A stretch of DNA of 64,000 nucleotides from an archaeon (lineage in GTDB: Archaea > B1Sed10-29 > WALL01): positions 38,433 to 102,432 of the forward strand of contig JBHOSQ010000004.1 of the NCBI GenBank assembly GCA_042584585.1, in the 5' to 3' direction. Below, one piece after another: positions 47,640-56,293 of this stretch (position 1 is its first letter; every line of letters starts with the position of its first letter). The notes under the pieces were generated by a model that saw only the letters and a list, made by a program, of their open reading frames with translations, was not told where the DNA came from and did not search any database. Position numbers and translations under genes: made by a program.

Positions 47640-48644
47640 CTACTTAAAAACGCCCGCAATCTTCGTGCCGCACGCGTGGCATTTCTTCTTGTGCACGTGG
47701 TCTTCCAGCAGCGAAAACCCGTGCCGCTTAATCAAAAGCTCTCCACAGTTCGGGCACACCGTGTTCTCGAACGGGTCGCCAGGATACGTGTTCCCGCAGT
47801 AAACATAGTTCACCCCGACATCAAGCGCGATTGCGTGTGCGCGGGCCAATTTGTCCCGCGTCGTCGGCAACACGTTCCGCATCTTGTGCTGCGGGAAAAA
47901 CGCGCTGAAGTGAAGGGGCATGTTCGGGTCAAGGTCATGCACGAACTCCGAGATTTGCAGGATGGACGCCTCGTCGTCGTTGTACCCCGGAATGATTAGG
48001 TTGGTCACCTCGACCCAGACCTTTTTCTTTTTCAGGAGCTTGATTGACTCAAGCACGTGCTCCAACTCAATGCCGCCGCACACTTTTTTGTAAAACTCTT
48101 CGTCGCCTTTTATGTCGACGTTCGCGGCATTCAGTTGCTTGTAGTCCTTAATCATTTCCTTGGTCATGTAGCCGTTCGTGACGAACACGTTCTTGATTTT
48201 CTTTTCTTTTGCGAGCACGCTCGTGTCCTTCGCGTACTCGTAAAAAATGGTTGGCTCTGTATATGTATAACTAATGCTGGGCGTCTCGTACTCGCCCGCG
48301 AGGCGCACGACCTCGGCCGGCGGAATCTCGCGCTGGGGGCCCGCCTCCCACGCCGCTTGGCTGATTTGCCAGTTCTGGCAGTGCGCACAATGGAAGTTGC
48401 ACCCCACCGTCGCGATGCTCAGGGACTGAGTGCCGGGCAGGAAGTGGAACAACGGCTTTTTCTCGATTGGGTCGACGTTGATTGAGCACGGCTTGGCGTA
48501 CGTCATTGCGTACAATGTGCCGCGGATGTTCTCGCGGATTTGGCAATTGCCCCTCCCGCTCTCGGGAATGTGACACCGCCGGTTGCACAATTGGCAGTCA
48601 ACCGCCTTTTCCGCGGCTTTTTTGTACAAGTAAGCCTCTTTCAC
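47640..48644 (-). CDS. AmmeMemoRadiSam-system radical SAM enzyme (PFL-activase-like)
   Basis: DPIEKKPLFHF, GCNFHCAHCQNW, YTYTEPT, C-terminal CPNC..CHAC. Confidence 0.9.
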   Translation of the reverse strand: MKEAYLYKKAAEKAVDCQLCNRRCHIPESGRGNCQIRENIRGTLYAMTYAKPCSINVDPIEKKPLFHFLPGTQSLSIATVGCNFHCAHCQNWQISQAAWEAGPQREIPPAEVVRLAGEYETPSISYTYTEPTIFYEYAKDTSVLAKEKKIKNVFVTNGYMTKEMIKDYKQLNAANVDIKGDEEFYKKVCGGIELEHVLESIKLLKKKKVWVEVTNLIIPGYNDDEASILQISEFVHDLDPNMPLHFSAFFPQHKMRNVLPTTRDKLARAHAIALDVGVNYVYCGNTYPGDPFENTVCPNCGELLIKRHGFSLLEDHVHKKKCHACGTKIAGVFK

Positions 48645-48782
48645 GACACAAAAAAAGGCGGCAATATTTAAATATGGTGCTGTTCAGGAAGATAACCATG
48701 GCAAACCAAGGCGATTTACTTCACCGCTGATTTCTCTAGGCCTGCCAATACCAATAAAAACCAACGAAGAGTAGTGAGAGCC

Positions 48783-50036
48783 ATGTACCAGACCGTTAGG
48801 GGCATGCGCGACCTCGGGCCAGAAGAAATGAAGAAGAGGCAGTTTTTCTGGGACAAGGTCAGGAAGGCGTACGAGAGCTATGGGTTTTCGCGACTCGAGA
48901 CGCCCGCCGTCGAAAGCTTTGATTTATTGTCGGCCAAGGGCGGGGGCGGCCAGGAAATCAAAAAAGAAATTTATTACTTCAAGGACCAGGGCGACAGGGA
49001 ATTGGGGCTGCGGTTCGACATGACCGTGCCCACCGCGCGCTACGTCGCGAGCGACGCGTCGCTCGCAAAGCCATTCAAACGGTATTGTTACGGGCAAGTG
49101 TGGAGGTACGACCGGCCGCAGGCCGGAAGGTACCGCGAGTTCACGCAATGCGACATCGATGTCTTCGGGGTCGCGACGCCTGCCGCGGACTTTGAAATCT
49201 TTGCCGCGACCGTCGACGCGTTTTTGGCGTTGGGATTCAAGAAGTTCGTGATTCGTGTGAACAACAAGAAACTGTTGGCGGGATTGATGGACGCGGTTGG
49301 AATCAAGGACGACAAAAAATTGGATGCCTGGCGCGCGATTGACAAGCAAGACAAAATCGGGTGGGACGGCGTAGAAGAAGAGCTGGACAAGAAAAAAGTG
49401 CCGAACCCCAAGAAAATTATTGATTTGATTAAGGGCAACAAAATCACAAAGGAAATGACTGCCTCGGAAATCGGCGCAAAAGGCAAAGAGGAGATGGACG
49501 CTTTCCTCGCGTTGGCAAAGGCCGCGGGCATGGAGAAATACGTTAAGGTGGACTTGTCGCTTGTGCGGGGACTGGAGTACTACACAGGGATTACTTACGA
49601 GGTCATGGCCGGGGGCAAGTGGTCGTGCGGCGGCGGGGGACGGTACGACAACCTCATTAAATTGCTTGGCGGGCAGGACACGGCGGCCGTGGGAATTTCT
49701 TATGGCGTGGACCGCGTGATTCAATTAATGGACGAGGCGGGGCTCTTTCCCCCCTTGGGGGGCACCAAGTGCTTCGTGGCGGCGGTTAACGACTCGGTCC
49801 GGCAAAAGGCCGTGGAAATAGCCACAGAACTGCGCAAAAGCGGGGTTTCGGCGGAGACTGACTTGGCCGGAAAAAGCCTCGGCAAGCAGTTCGCGTACTG
49901 CAACTCCAAGGGCATCCCTTACTGCGTGATTGCCGGGCCCAAGGAGCTTGAGAGCGGGGAGGCAGTGCTGCGGGACATGGAGAGCGGGAACGAGGAGACG
50001 GTCAAGCTAGGCGAGCTCGCTGGCAAGCTGAAGTGA
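48783..50036 (+). CDS. hisS: Histidine--tRNA ligase
   Basis: LRFDMTVP, RYDRPQAGRYREFTQ, RGLEYYTG, GGGRYD. Confidence 0.96.
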   Translation: MYQTVRGMRDLGPEEMKKRQFFWDKVRKAYESYGFSRLETPAVESFDLLSAKGGGGQEIKKEIYYFKDQGDRELGLRFDMTVPTARYVASDASLAKPFKRYCYGQVWRYDRPQAGRYREFTQCDIDVFGVATPAADFEIFAATVDAFLALGFKKFVIRVNNKKLLAGLMDAVGIKDDKKLDAWRAIDKQDKIGWDGVEEELDKKKVPNPKKIIDLIKGNKITKEMTASEIGAKGKEEMDAFLALAKAAGMEKYVKVDLSLVRGLEYYTGITYEVMAGGKWSCGGGGRYDNLIKLLGGQDTAAVGISYGVDRVIQLMDEAGLFPPLGGTKCFVAAVNDSVRQKAVEIATELRKSGVSAETDLAGKSLGKQFAYCNSKGIPYCVIAGPKELESGEAVLRDMESGNEETVKLGELAGKLK

Positions 50037-50069
50037 CTTTTATATAGTTTCAGGGCTAAAGACAACACC

Positions 50070-50936
50070 ATGACTACGAAGCTAGCCGATAACCTCGGGG
50101 ACGGCGAGCTCAAGCAGCTGATTCTGGCGATTGCCGATGTTACAAAGGAGATTAGCGCCGGCTTTGCCGACAATGACTGCGGCTCCGCGGGCACTGAAAA
50201 CGCTTACGGCGAAGAGCAGCAGAAAATGGATGTCTGGGCAGACGGAAAAGTGATTGAGGCGCTTAAGGCCAGTGGCCTCGTTGCGTGTATTGGGAGTGAG
50301 GAGCAGCCCGAAGAAGTCAAGACCGGCCAAGGCAATTATGCCGTGGCGGTTGACCCGTTGGACGGGTCCAATAACCTGGGGACCGGGTTGGTGGTCGGCA
50401 GCATTTTCGGGGTGTTTGAGGGAGACACTGTTGTGAAAAAAGGCCGGGAACTGAAGGCCGCGCTTTACGCGGTGTACGGCCCCGTGACCACGCTGGTCGT
50501 GGCGGCGGGAAACGGTGTGGACGAATACGTGCTCAAGAACGGTGACTACTTGCTGAAGAGCTCTGGCTTGAAAATGCCGGAGGGGAAAGTTGTTGTGCCT
50601 GGCGCGTCGCGGGACAAGTGGACTCCTGAATACAAGACACTCATAGACTCTTTGTGCGAAAGTGGTGTGCGCATCCGGAACCAGGGCTCGATGGCCGCGG
50701 ACTTTCATCTCGCGCTGAAAAAAGGCGGGATGTATACTTATCCCGGCTTGGTTGACGCGCCGGACGGGAAAATAAGATTAATTTTCGAGTGCAATCCATT
50801 GGCGTTTATCGCGGAACAGGCCGGCGGCATGGCAACGGACGGAAAGCAAAACATTCTCGACGTCGAGCCGCGGGAACTGCAGCAGCGGACGCCGATTTTC
50901 TTGGGGAGCAAAAACCTTGTTGAAAAGGTGCTGTGA
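50070..50936 (+). CDS. fbp: Fructose-1,6-bisphosphatase class I
   Basis: GEEQQKMDV, SEE, DPLDGS, GKIRLIFECNP. Confidence 0.92.
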   Translation: MTTKLADNLGDGELKQLILAIADVTKEISAGFADNDCGSAGTENAYGEEQQKMDVWADGKVIEALKASGLVACIGSEEQPEEVKTGQGNYAVAVDPLDGSNNLGTGLVVGSIFGVFEGDTVVKKGRELKAALYAVYGPVTTLVVAAGNGVDEYVLKNGDYLLKSSGLKMPEGKVVVPGASRDKWTPEYKTLIDSLCESGVRIRNQGSMAADFHLALKKGGMYTYPGLVDAPDGKIRLIFECNPLAFIAEQAGGMATDGKQNILDVEPRELQQRTPIFLGSKNLVEKVL

Positions 50937-52043
50937 ATGATTGAGGGAAAGGATTTGTTTGGCGCAGTGCGCGACAAGGGCTGCATTGTGATGGCGGCCA
51001 ACACGCGGATTACCCTGGTTACGGAAGGGATTTTTCGCGCGGCGAAGGACGCGGACTCTGTTGTGATGGTTGAGCTCGCGAAGAGCGAGAGTAATCTAAG
51101 CGGCGGGTACACCGGGTTGACCCCGACGGAATTGGCGAAGCGGTCGAAAGAGGCCGCCGAGGTAGTGGGGTTCGACGCGTGGTCGCTTCATGCTGATCAC
51201 CTTACTGTGAAGACGGGGAGCGCCGAGGAATTGGTGGACACAAAAAAATTGATTAAGGCGCAGATTGGCGCGGGGTTCAACAGCTTTGCGATTGACGCGT
51301 CGTTTTTGTTTGACGGGAACGCGTCGGCGCCGGCGGAGCAGTTGGCGAGGAACGTCGAGGTGACGACTGAGCTGGCGAATTACATTAAGGACAATTACAA
51401 TGGCGACTCGTTTGGTTTGGAAGTGGAGGTCGGCGAGATTGGGAAGAAAAGTGACGCGGGGCTGGTCGTCACTACGCCGGAGGAGGCGGTCGCGTTCATT
51501 TCGGCGCTGAACAAGAACGACATTTTCCCGGACGCGTTGGCGATTGCGAACGGCTCGACGCACGGAAATATTTATGGCGCCGACGGGAACCTGGTGGAGC
51601 AGGTCTCGATTGACATTCCGCAGACGGTTGCGGTGGCGAAGGCGCTTGCGGGGATGGGTTCTGGCACGCGGATTGCGCAGCACGGGATTACTGGGACTCC
51701 GAGGGAACTGATTTTCGAGAAGTTTCCTCACGGTGATATTATCAAGGGGAATGTTGGCACGTTTTGGCAGAACGTTTGTTTTGACGCGTTCGAGGAATTG
51801 GAGCCGGATTTGTACGGCAAGATTTTGGGTTGGACGCTTGATGCTTACCGGGACAAGATGCCTGGCAAGAAGGACAACGAGGTGTTCGGCAAGATGGGCA
51901 AGAAGGCGGTCGTCCAGTTTTTTGACGAGATTTACGGTATTGGGGACAAGGCGAAGGAAAGGATTGACTCTGTTTCTTACAACGAGGCGCTTGGGTTCTT
52001 CAAGGCGTTCAAGAGCGAGGGAAGCGCTTCTTTCCTCAAATAA
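50937..52043 (+). CDS. fba: Fructose-bisphosphate aldolase class II
   Basis: LHADH, LEVEVGEIG, NGSTHG, AQHGITG, KGNVGT. Confidence 0.9.
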   Translation: MIEGKDLFGAVRDKGCIVMAANTRITLVTEGIFRAAKDADSVVMVELAKSESNLSGGYTGLTPTELAKRSKEAAEVVGFDAWSLHADHLTVKTGSAEELVDTKKLIKAQIGAGFNSFAIDASFLFDGNASAPAEQLARNVEVTTELANYIKDNYNGDSFGLEVEVGEIGKKSDAGLVVTTPEEAVAFISALNKNDIFPDALAIANGSTHGNIYGADGNLVEQVSIDIPQTVAVAKALAGMGSGTRIAQHGITGTPRELIFEKFPHGDIIKGNVGTFWQNVCFDAFEELEPDLYGKILGWTLDAYRDKMPGKKDNEVFGKMGKKAVVQFFDEIYGIGDKAKERIDSVSYNEALGFFKAFKSEGSASFLK

Positions 52044-52102
52044 TATAAGCGCTGGCGCGAATAACTAATTGTGACGAAGACAAAGGAGCGGGGTGGCAGA
52101 TA

Positions 52103-53194
52103 GTGGCAGAACTAGTGCACACAGTCATGCTTCATGAGCCCAAGGGGGAGCTCAGCGCCCACGTGGAGCGGGTGTCCAGGGGTGGGAAGCTGTTTTACAC
52201 TGTCCAGGGGATGAAGGGCAAGCGCGTGTTTTATCACTTAATGCCCAAAGTTGTGGAACCACACTTGGGAAAATTCAAATTGCTTCCCGACCCTGAGCCC
52301 ACCGAAGGGCCAGAGGAAGCCAGGCACGCATGGATAAAGCTCCCGGGAGAAGAGGGCTACAAAATAAAAAAGAACGAGGACGGCACCAACAAAGTCGTTG
52401 TCGAGATAACCCAAGAAGACTATGCGAAGATAATAAATTCGAACAAGGTATACGACGTGAACCGTCTCGTTGCCAAATTCTTGTGGAGGAAGCGTGAGTT
52501 TTGGGAAAAGCACGGAATCGAGAAGCTACCATCAGACGTAAAGAATAGTATACAAAACATCGCCGAGCGGCTGCTTTTTGTCTTTGACTATCCCCGCTCG
52601 AACAGGTACAGGGAAGAGGGGGCTGAAGTGGTCCGAACAGTTGCTAAACACGTTGACCTGATGGACCCGCCACAAAGAAAAATGCTTGCGGACTTGCTGA
52701 ACCACGACAAGAGGTTCAAGGCAATCAGGCAAAAGCACCGTATGCGCGAATTCACTCTGGACGACATTGAAAAACTGCTCGAAAAAAAAGATAAGCCGAA
52801 AAGTGAGAGGCAAAGCCCCGCACAAACCGAAAGCCCGCATGTGAAACTGGCGGGGGACATAAAAAGCTTTTTCAAGAGACAGGAACAAGGCGTTAGGAGC
52901 GGAAACCACGAAACACTGCTTTCCATCGTTTTGAAGCTGCATAAGGAAAGGAGTGGGAAGTCATCCAAAGAAGTATTCTGGAGAGGTAAGGACGTCATAG
53001 TCCCAATCCTGGCGCGCAAAAGAGTGGAAAAAAGTGTGGCCCAAATGAAAGACGAGGACGTTCCCACTTTTGTGGATTTCCTGAACAACGACGAAACCAT
53101 GAAGTTGCTTCGCGACGAACACAACGTCCCAGAGTTCACCAACGAAGAGATCTCCCGCATGAAGCGGATATGGGCGGAGAGGAGGAAAAAATGA
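52103..53194 (+). CDS. Hypothetical protein with internally duplicated helical module
   Basis: 363-aa ORF, more A-rich than its neighbours, overlapping the next start (ATGA). Confidence 0.7.
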   Translation: MAELVHTVMLHEPKGELSAHVERVSRGGKLFYTVQGMKGKRVFYHLMPKVVEPHLGKFKLLPDPEPTEGPEEARHAWIKLPGEEGYKIKKNEDGTNKVVVEITQEDYAKIINSNKVYDVNRLVAKFLWRKREFWEKHGIEKLPSDVKNSIQNIAERLLFVFDYPRSNRYREEGAEVVRTVAKHVDLMDPPQRKMLADLLNHDKRFKAIRQKHRMREFTLDDIEKLLEKKDKPKSERQSPAQTESPHVKLAGDIKSFFKRQEQGVRSGNHETLLSIVLKLHKERSGKSSKEVFWRGKDVIVPILARKRVEKSVAQMKDEDVPTFVDFLNNDETMKLLRDEHNVPEFTNEEISRMKRIWAERRKK

Positions 53195-53610
53195 GCACGA
53201 GATACCGCCAAGGCTACATGCTCGAGAAGATGATTGTGGATAGGCTGAACAAGAGCTGCGAGTGGCTGTGCCAGCGTGGCCCCTCAAGCAAAGGGATTGA
53301 CGTGCTCGCCTGCTCGAAGAAGCATTACAAGACCGTGTTCCTCGAGTGCAAGAACACGGACCAATTAACGTTTTCTATTGCGCGCGAGCAAGTCACGGAC
53401 CTGGTGCGCAAGGGATTCATCGGCGGCGCCGAAGTATACGTCGCAATCCACTGGCGCAAGCTGAGGCATGACACGGACAAGCGGAAGAAAAAGTTGTGCC
53501 TTTACCCGGTTGAGTTTTTGTCGAAGAAGTTCGACGGGAATGAGCAAAAGACCGTCACGTTCAAGCCGAACGACTACCACTTGTCGTTCGAAGAAGTGTT
53601 CAGCGTTTAG
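53191..53610 (+). CDS. Hjc-like PD-(D/E)xK nuclease (Holliday junction resolvase family)
   Basis: YRQGYMLE, RGPSS, IDVLA, FLECK. Confidence 0.8.
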   Translation: MSTRYRQGYMLEKMIVDRLNKSCEWLCQRGPSSKGIDVLACSKKHYKTVFLECKNTDQLTFSIAREQVTDLVRKGFIGGAEVYVAIHWRKLRHDTDKRKKKLCLYPVEFLSKKFDGNEQKTVTFKPNDYHLSFEEVFSV

Positions 53611-54818
53611 TAGTCGCCCAATTTTTTCTGCCTTGCAATCACGTCGAGCTGTGCCTCACCGTACACCCCGTCGTACCCGCCCTTTACCTCGACAGCACCG
53701 GCGCGGTTCTTGAGGATTGCGGCAGCGATTTTTTCGTGGGTGCGCTTCTTCAATTCTTCCTCAGGCATTTCGGTAAGTACATTCATCTCGCTCGTGCCGG
53801 AGACCAAGCTATCGTAGTACTGCCAAACCGCTTTCGTCGCGATTCCGTGGTCGGACACGGCAGCGATTATTTCCGACAGAGGAAGGAAAGTCTTGAAGCC
53901 GGGGCGATTCTTTGGGGAGTAGCCCTCTGGCCTGTCGGCCAATTCTTCGACGCGGTGCAGCACGCCTATGGTGAGGGGCTTGTTGCACTTGGGGCAAACA
54001 TTGTTGTGCTTCTTTGCCTCGTCGGGGGTTAGCACAACATTGCAGTTGCGGTGGCCGTCCAAATGGTACTTGCCGTAGTTCGGGTCCACTTCCACGGTGG
54101 ACGCGATCTTGTTTTTGCGGATTGCGTTTATGATTGAAGAGTAGTCTTGGGCACAATCAAGCTGCGTTGCCTCGCGGCCGATGCGCCACGGCCAGAACGA
54201 GTGCAGGTCCGAGAACGAAACGATGGAAAAGTCGTCAAGCTGTGAGAGGCGCCAGTTCATTTCCGGGTCGCTGGACAATCCGGTCTCGATGGCGTGGATG
54301 TGCTTGATTTGGTCCGAGTAGCATTCCTTGATTGAGTCGAAGCCGCTGTTCGAGCCGAACAGGGAGAACCACGGCGTCCAGATGTGCGCGGGAATGACTT
54401 CGCACATCGGGTCGATGGACATTACCAGCTCGACTATGTCGGGCGCTGGCATCCCGAAGATGGGGCGGCCGTCGTAGTCGAGGCGCCCGCGCTTCAATAA
54501 TTCGCCGTTGATTTGGTCGACTACTTCAAAAGAGGGCGCAAGGATTACTTGGTGGATTTTTCTTGTCTTGCCGCCTTGTGAGTAAATGGAAGAGATTTCG
54601 GTCTGGAGGACGAAGGGGAACCCGGTTTTTGTCTTGAGGACGCCTTCGCCGGATAAATTGTCTTTGAGGCTCTGCAGCCAAATCGGGTGCGTGAAGTCGC
54701 CGGTGCCGAGTAGGTCGATGCCCTTGATGCGCGCGTACTTCTCGAGGTTTTCGACGCTCAGGGCTTTCGATGTCCCGCGGGAGTGCGGGCCGTGGATGTG
54801 TAGGTCTGCGTAGAACAC
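53607..54818 (-). CDS. Endonuclease Q family (PHP domain plus Zn finger)
   Basis: ADLHIH, GTGDFTHP, PAHIWTPW, ETGLSSD, GKYHLDGHRNC, CPKC. Confidence 0.88.
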   Translation of the reverse strand: MFYADLHIHGPHSRGTSKALSVENLEKYARIKGIDLLGTGDFTHPIWLQSLKDNLSGEGVLKTKTGFPFVLQTEISSIYSQGGKTRKIHQVILAPSFEVVDQINGELLKRGRLDYDGRPIFGMPAPDIVELVMSIDPMCEVIPAHIWTPWFSLFGSNSGFDSIKECYSDQIKHIHAIETGLSSDPEMNWRLSQLDDFSIVSFSDLHSFWPWRIGREATQLDCAQDYSSIINAIRKNKIASTVEVDPNYGKYHLDGHRNCNVVLTPDEAKKHNNVCPKCNKPLTIGVLHRVEELADRPEGYSPKNRPGFKTFLPLSEIIAAVSDHGIATKAVWQYYDSLVSGTSEMNVLTEMPEEELKKRTHEKIAAAILKNRAGAVEVKGGYDGVYGEAQLDVIARQKKLGDY

Positions 54819-54871
54819 GATAAGGGTTTGCGGCAAGCAGCTATAAAAACTCTCGGGGGAATAACACCCGA

Positions 54872-55396
54872 GTGGAATTAAGGAGTGCATTCAGCAAAAA
54901 GCGGCGCAACGAGCTTGTCGAAGAAGCGGCTGAGTTCCTTAGCCTGAGCTACCCGTTCATCGCCGAGAACGCTTTGGGGGACCAGCTCAACGCCATTGCC
55001 ACGGGGCACTTGATGAACCTGGCAAAGCGCGAGGAACTGGTAGAGGAAATGCCGGCGAACGTTGTTAAGGAAATGGACCGGCTTTTTTTCTTGATGTCGC
55101 TGCGTGCGCTCAACATGTTCACCATGGAGTGCCAGGGCCTTGCAATTATGAAGGCAATGCGCGGAGAAACAAGCAGCCCGCCCATCGAGTCAGTGCCCGA
55201 GCTGAGGCCGTTGCTTGAGGAAAGGATTAAAATAATTTCCGAGGAAGAAGAGCTCCAGAAAAAAGTCTTGCTTGCGTCGGTCAATGGCAAGCCTGGCAAG
55301 AAGTTGGCTGTGGAGCTTGAGAAAAAACAGGCAGAGCTTCACAAAGCCACGATACAAGTCCAGAAGGCTTCGGGAATAGCCCAGGTAATTACCTGA
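54872..55396 (+). CDS. Hypothetical helical protein
   Basis: 174-aa ORF filling the gap; CTATAAAA about 25 nt upstream. Confidence 0.6.
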   Translation: MELRSAFSKKRRNELVEEAAEFLSLSYPFIAENALGDQLNAIATGHLMNLAKREELVEEMPANVVKEMDRLFFLMSLRALNMFTMECQGLAIMKAMRGETSSPPIESVPELRPLLEERIKIISEEEELQKKVLLASVNGKPGKKLAVELEKKQAELHKATIQVQKASGIAQVIT

Positions 55397-56159
55397 TGTA
55401 AGTAGGCCCTTCCGACGGAAGCGCGTTGAACGCCGCCTTTTGCTGCTGTTCCGCTTTTCTGGCTTTCTCAATCATCTTTTCCGTGTCTTTCGCGCGCTTC
55501 TCGAGGCGCGAGAGGTTCACGTCTACCTTGAGCAGTTTCTGAAGCACTTCGAGCACTGCTTTTGCCGAACGGGCGTCAATGATTTGGCCGTGGGTCTCGC
55601 CCATGAGGCAGACCCCTTCCATTCCGCGGAGCTTGCCCATGCCGAGCAGAAGCCCTGCGGCGCCGACTATGCCGCCGCCCGTCTTTTCGAATGTTACCCC
55701 TGCCGTGCGCAGCTTTTTCTGGAGCTTCTTGCTGGTCACTGCGCCGAAGACTTTTGGCTTGCGCGGTAAGTGGCCGGTCGCGAACCCGCCGAGTGTGTAG
55801 ACCAGGTCAGAGCCGTACATCTCCGCGATGTCAAGTGTTTTGCCGGTTATTTCGTAGTGGCTTACGGGCGTTGAGCCCTGGTGGTCGCCAACGATGAACA
55901 GCAGGTCTTTCTGTGCCTTTTTTTCTGCCTGCCAGTAATAGAAGTCGTTTTGCATCATGCGGACGGTGCCGTCGTCCTGGATTAGTACTTGCGGGGGGAA
56001 GTGGGGCGAGTGCATGGTCGCGAGCTTTTCTGCTTTTAGCTCTTTTATCATGTGGTCGGCCGCGAGCTTTCCCACGAGGCCAAGGCCGGGCAGCCCCTCA
56101 ATGAGCACCGGCTTTTCCAGCCGCGCTTCATTCTCGATGATGACTTCGGTAGAGTTCAT
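55389..56159 (-). CDS. PAC2-family proteasome assembly chaperone
   Basis: IEGLPGLGLVGKLA, FPPQV, YTLGG, CLMGET. Confidence 0.9.
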   Translation of the reverse strand: MNSTEVIIENEARLEKPVLIEGLPGLGLVGKLAADHMIKELKAEKLATMHSPHFPPQVLIQDDGTVRMMQNDFYYWQAEKKAQKDLLFIVGDHQGSTPVSHYEITGKTLDIAEMYGSDLVYTLGGFATGHLPRKPKVFGAVTSKKLQKKLRTAGVTFEKTGGGIVGAAGLLLGMGKLRGMEGVCLMGETHGQIIDARSAKAVLEVLQKLLKVDVNLSRLEKRAKDTEKMIEKARKAEQQQKAAFNALPSEGPTYIR

Positions 56160-56293
56160 TTGGATTCCTCCTTTGCCTTGCGCCGGTAGTCACCGTACTT
56201 GTCTTCGGGAGAATACTTCGGCGGGTATGCGGTCACGCTGTTTTCCTCGGAAAGGGTGTATTCGCCGTTGGGGCGCTTCCGTAGCTTCTTCAT
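56156..56293 (-). CDS. nop10: H/ACA RNP protein Nop10
   Basis: Not in the ORF track. Translates as MKKLRKRPNGEYTLSEENSVTAYPPKYSPEDKYGDYRRKAKEESK*; conserved position after aIF2a. Confidence 0.88.
   Translation of the reverse strand: MKKLRKRPNGEYTLSEENSVTAYPPKYSPEDKYGDYRRKAKEESK

Noticed and set aside
48698-48730. Mini-ORF MANQGDLLHR upstream of hisS as a His-sensing leader peptide
   Set aside because: Only one His codon and no visible attenuator structure.
49749-49762. CCCCCCTTGGGGGG palindrome in hisS
   Set aside because: Opposite clamp polarity, no shared core, and explained by PPLGG codons.
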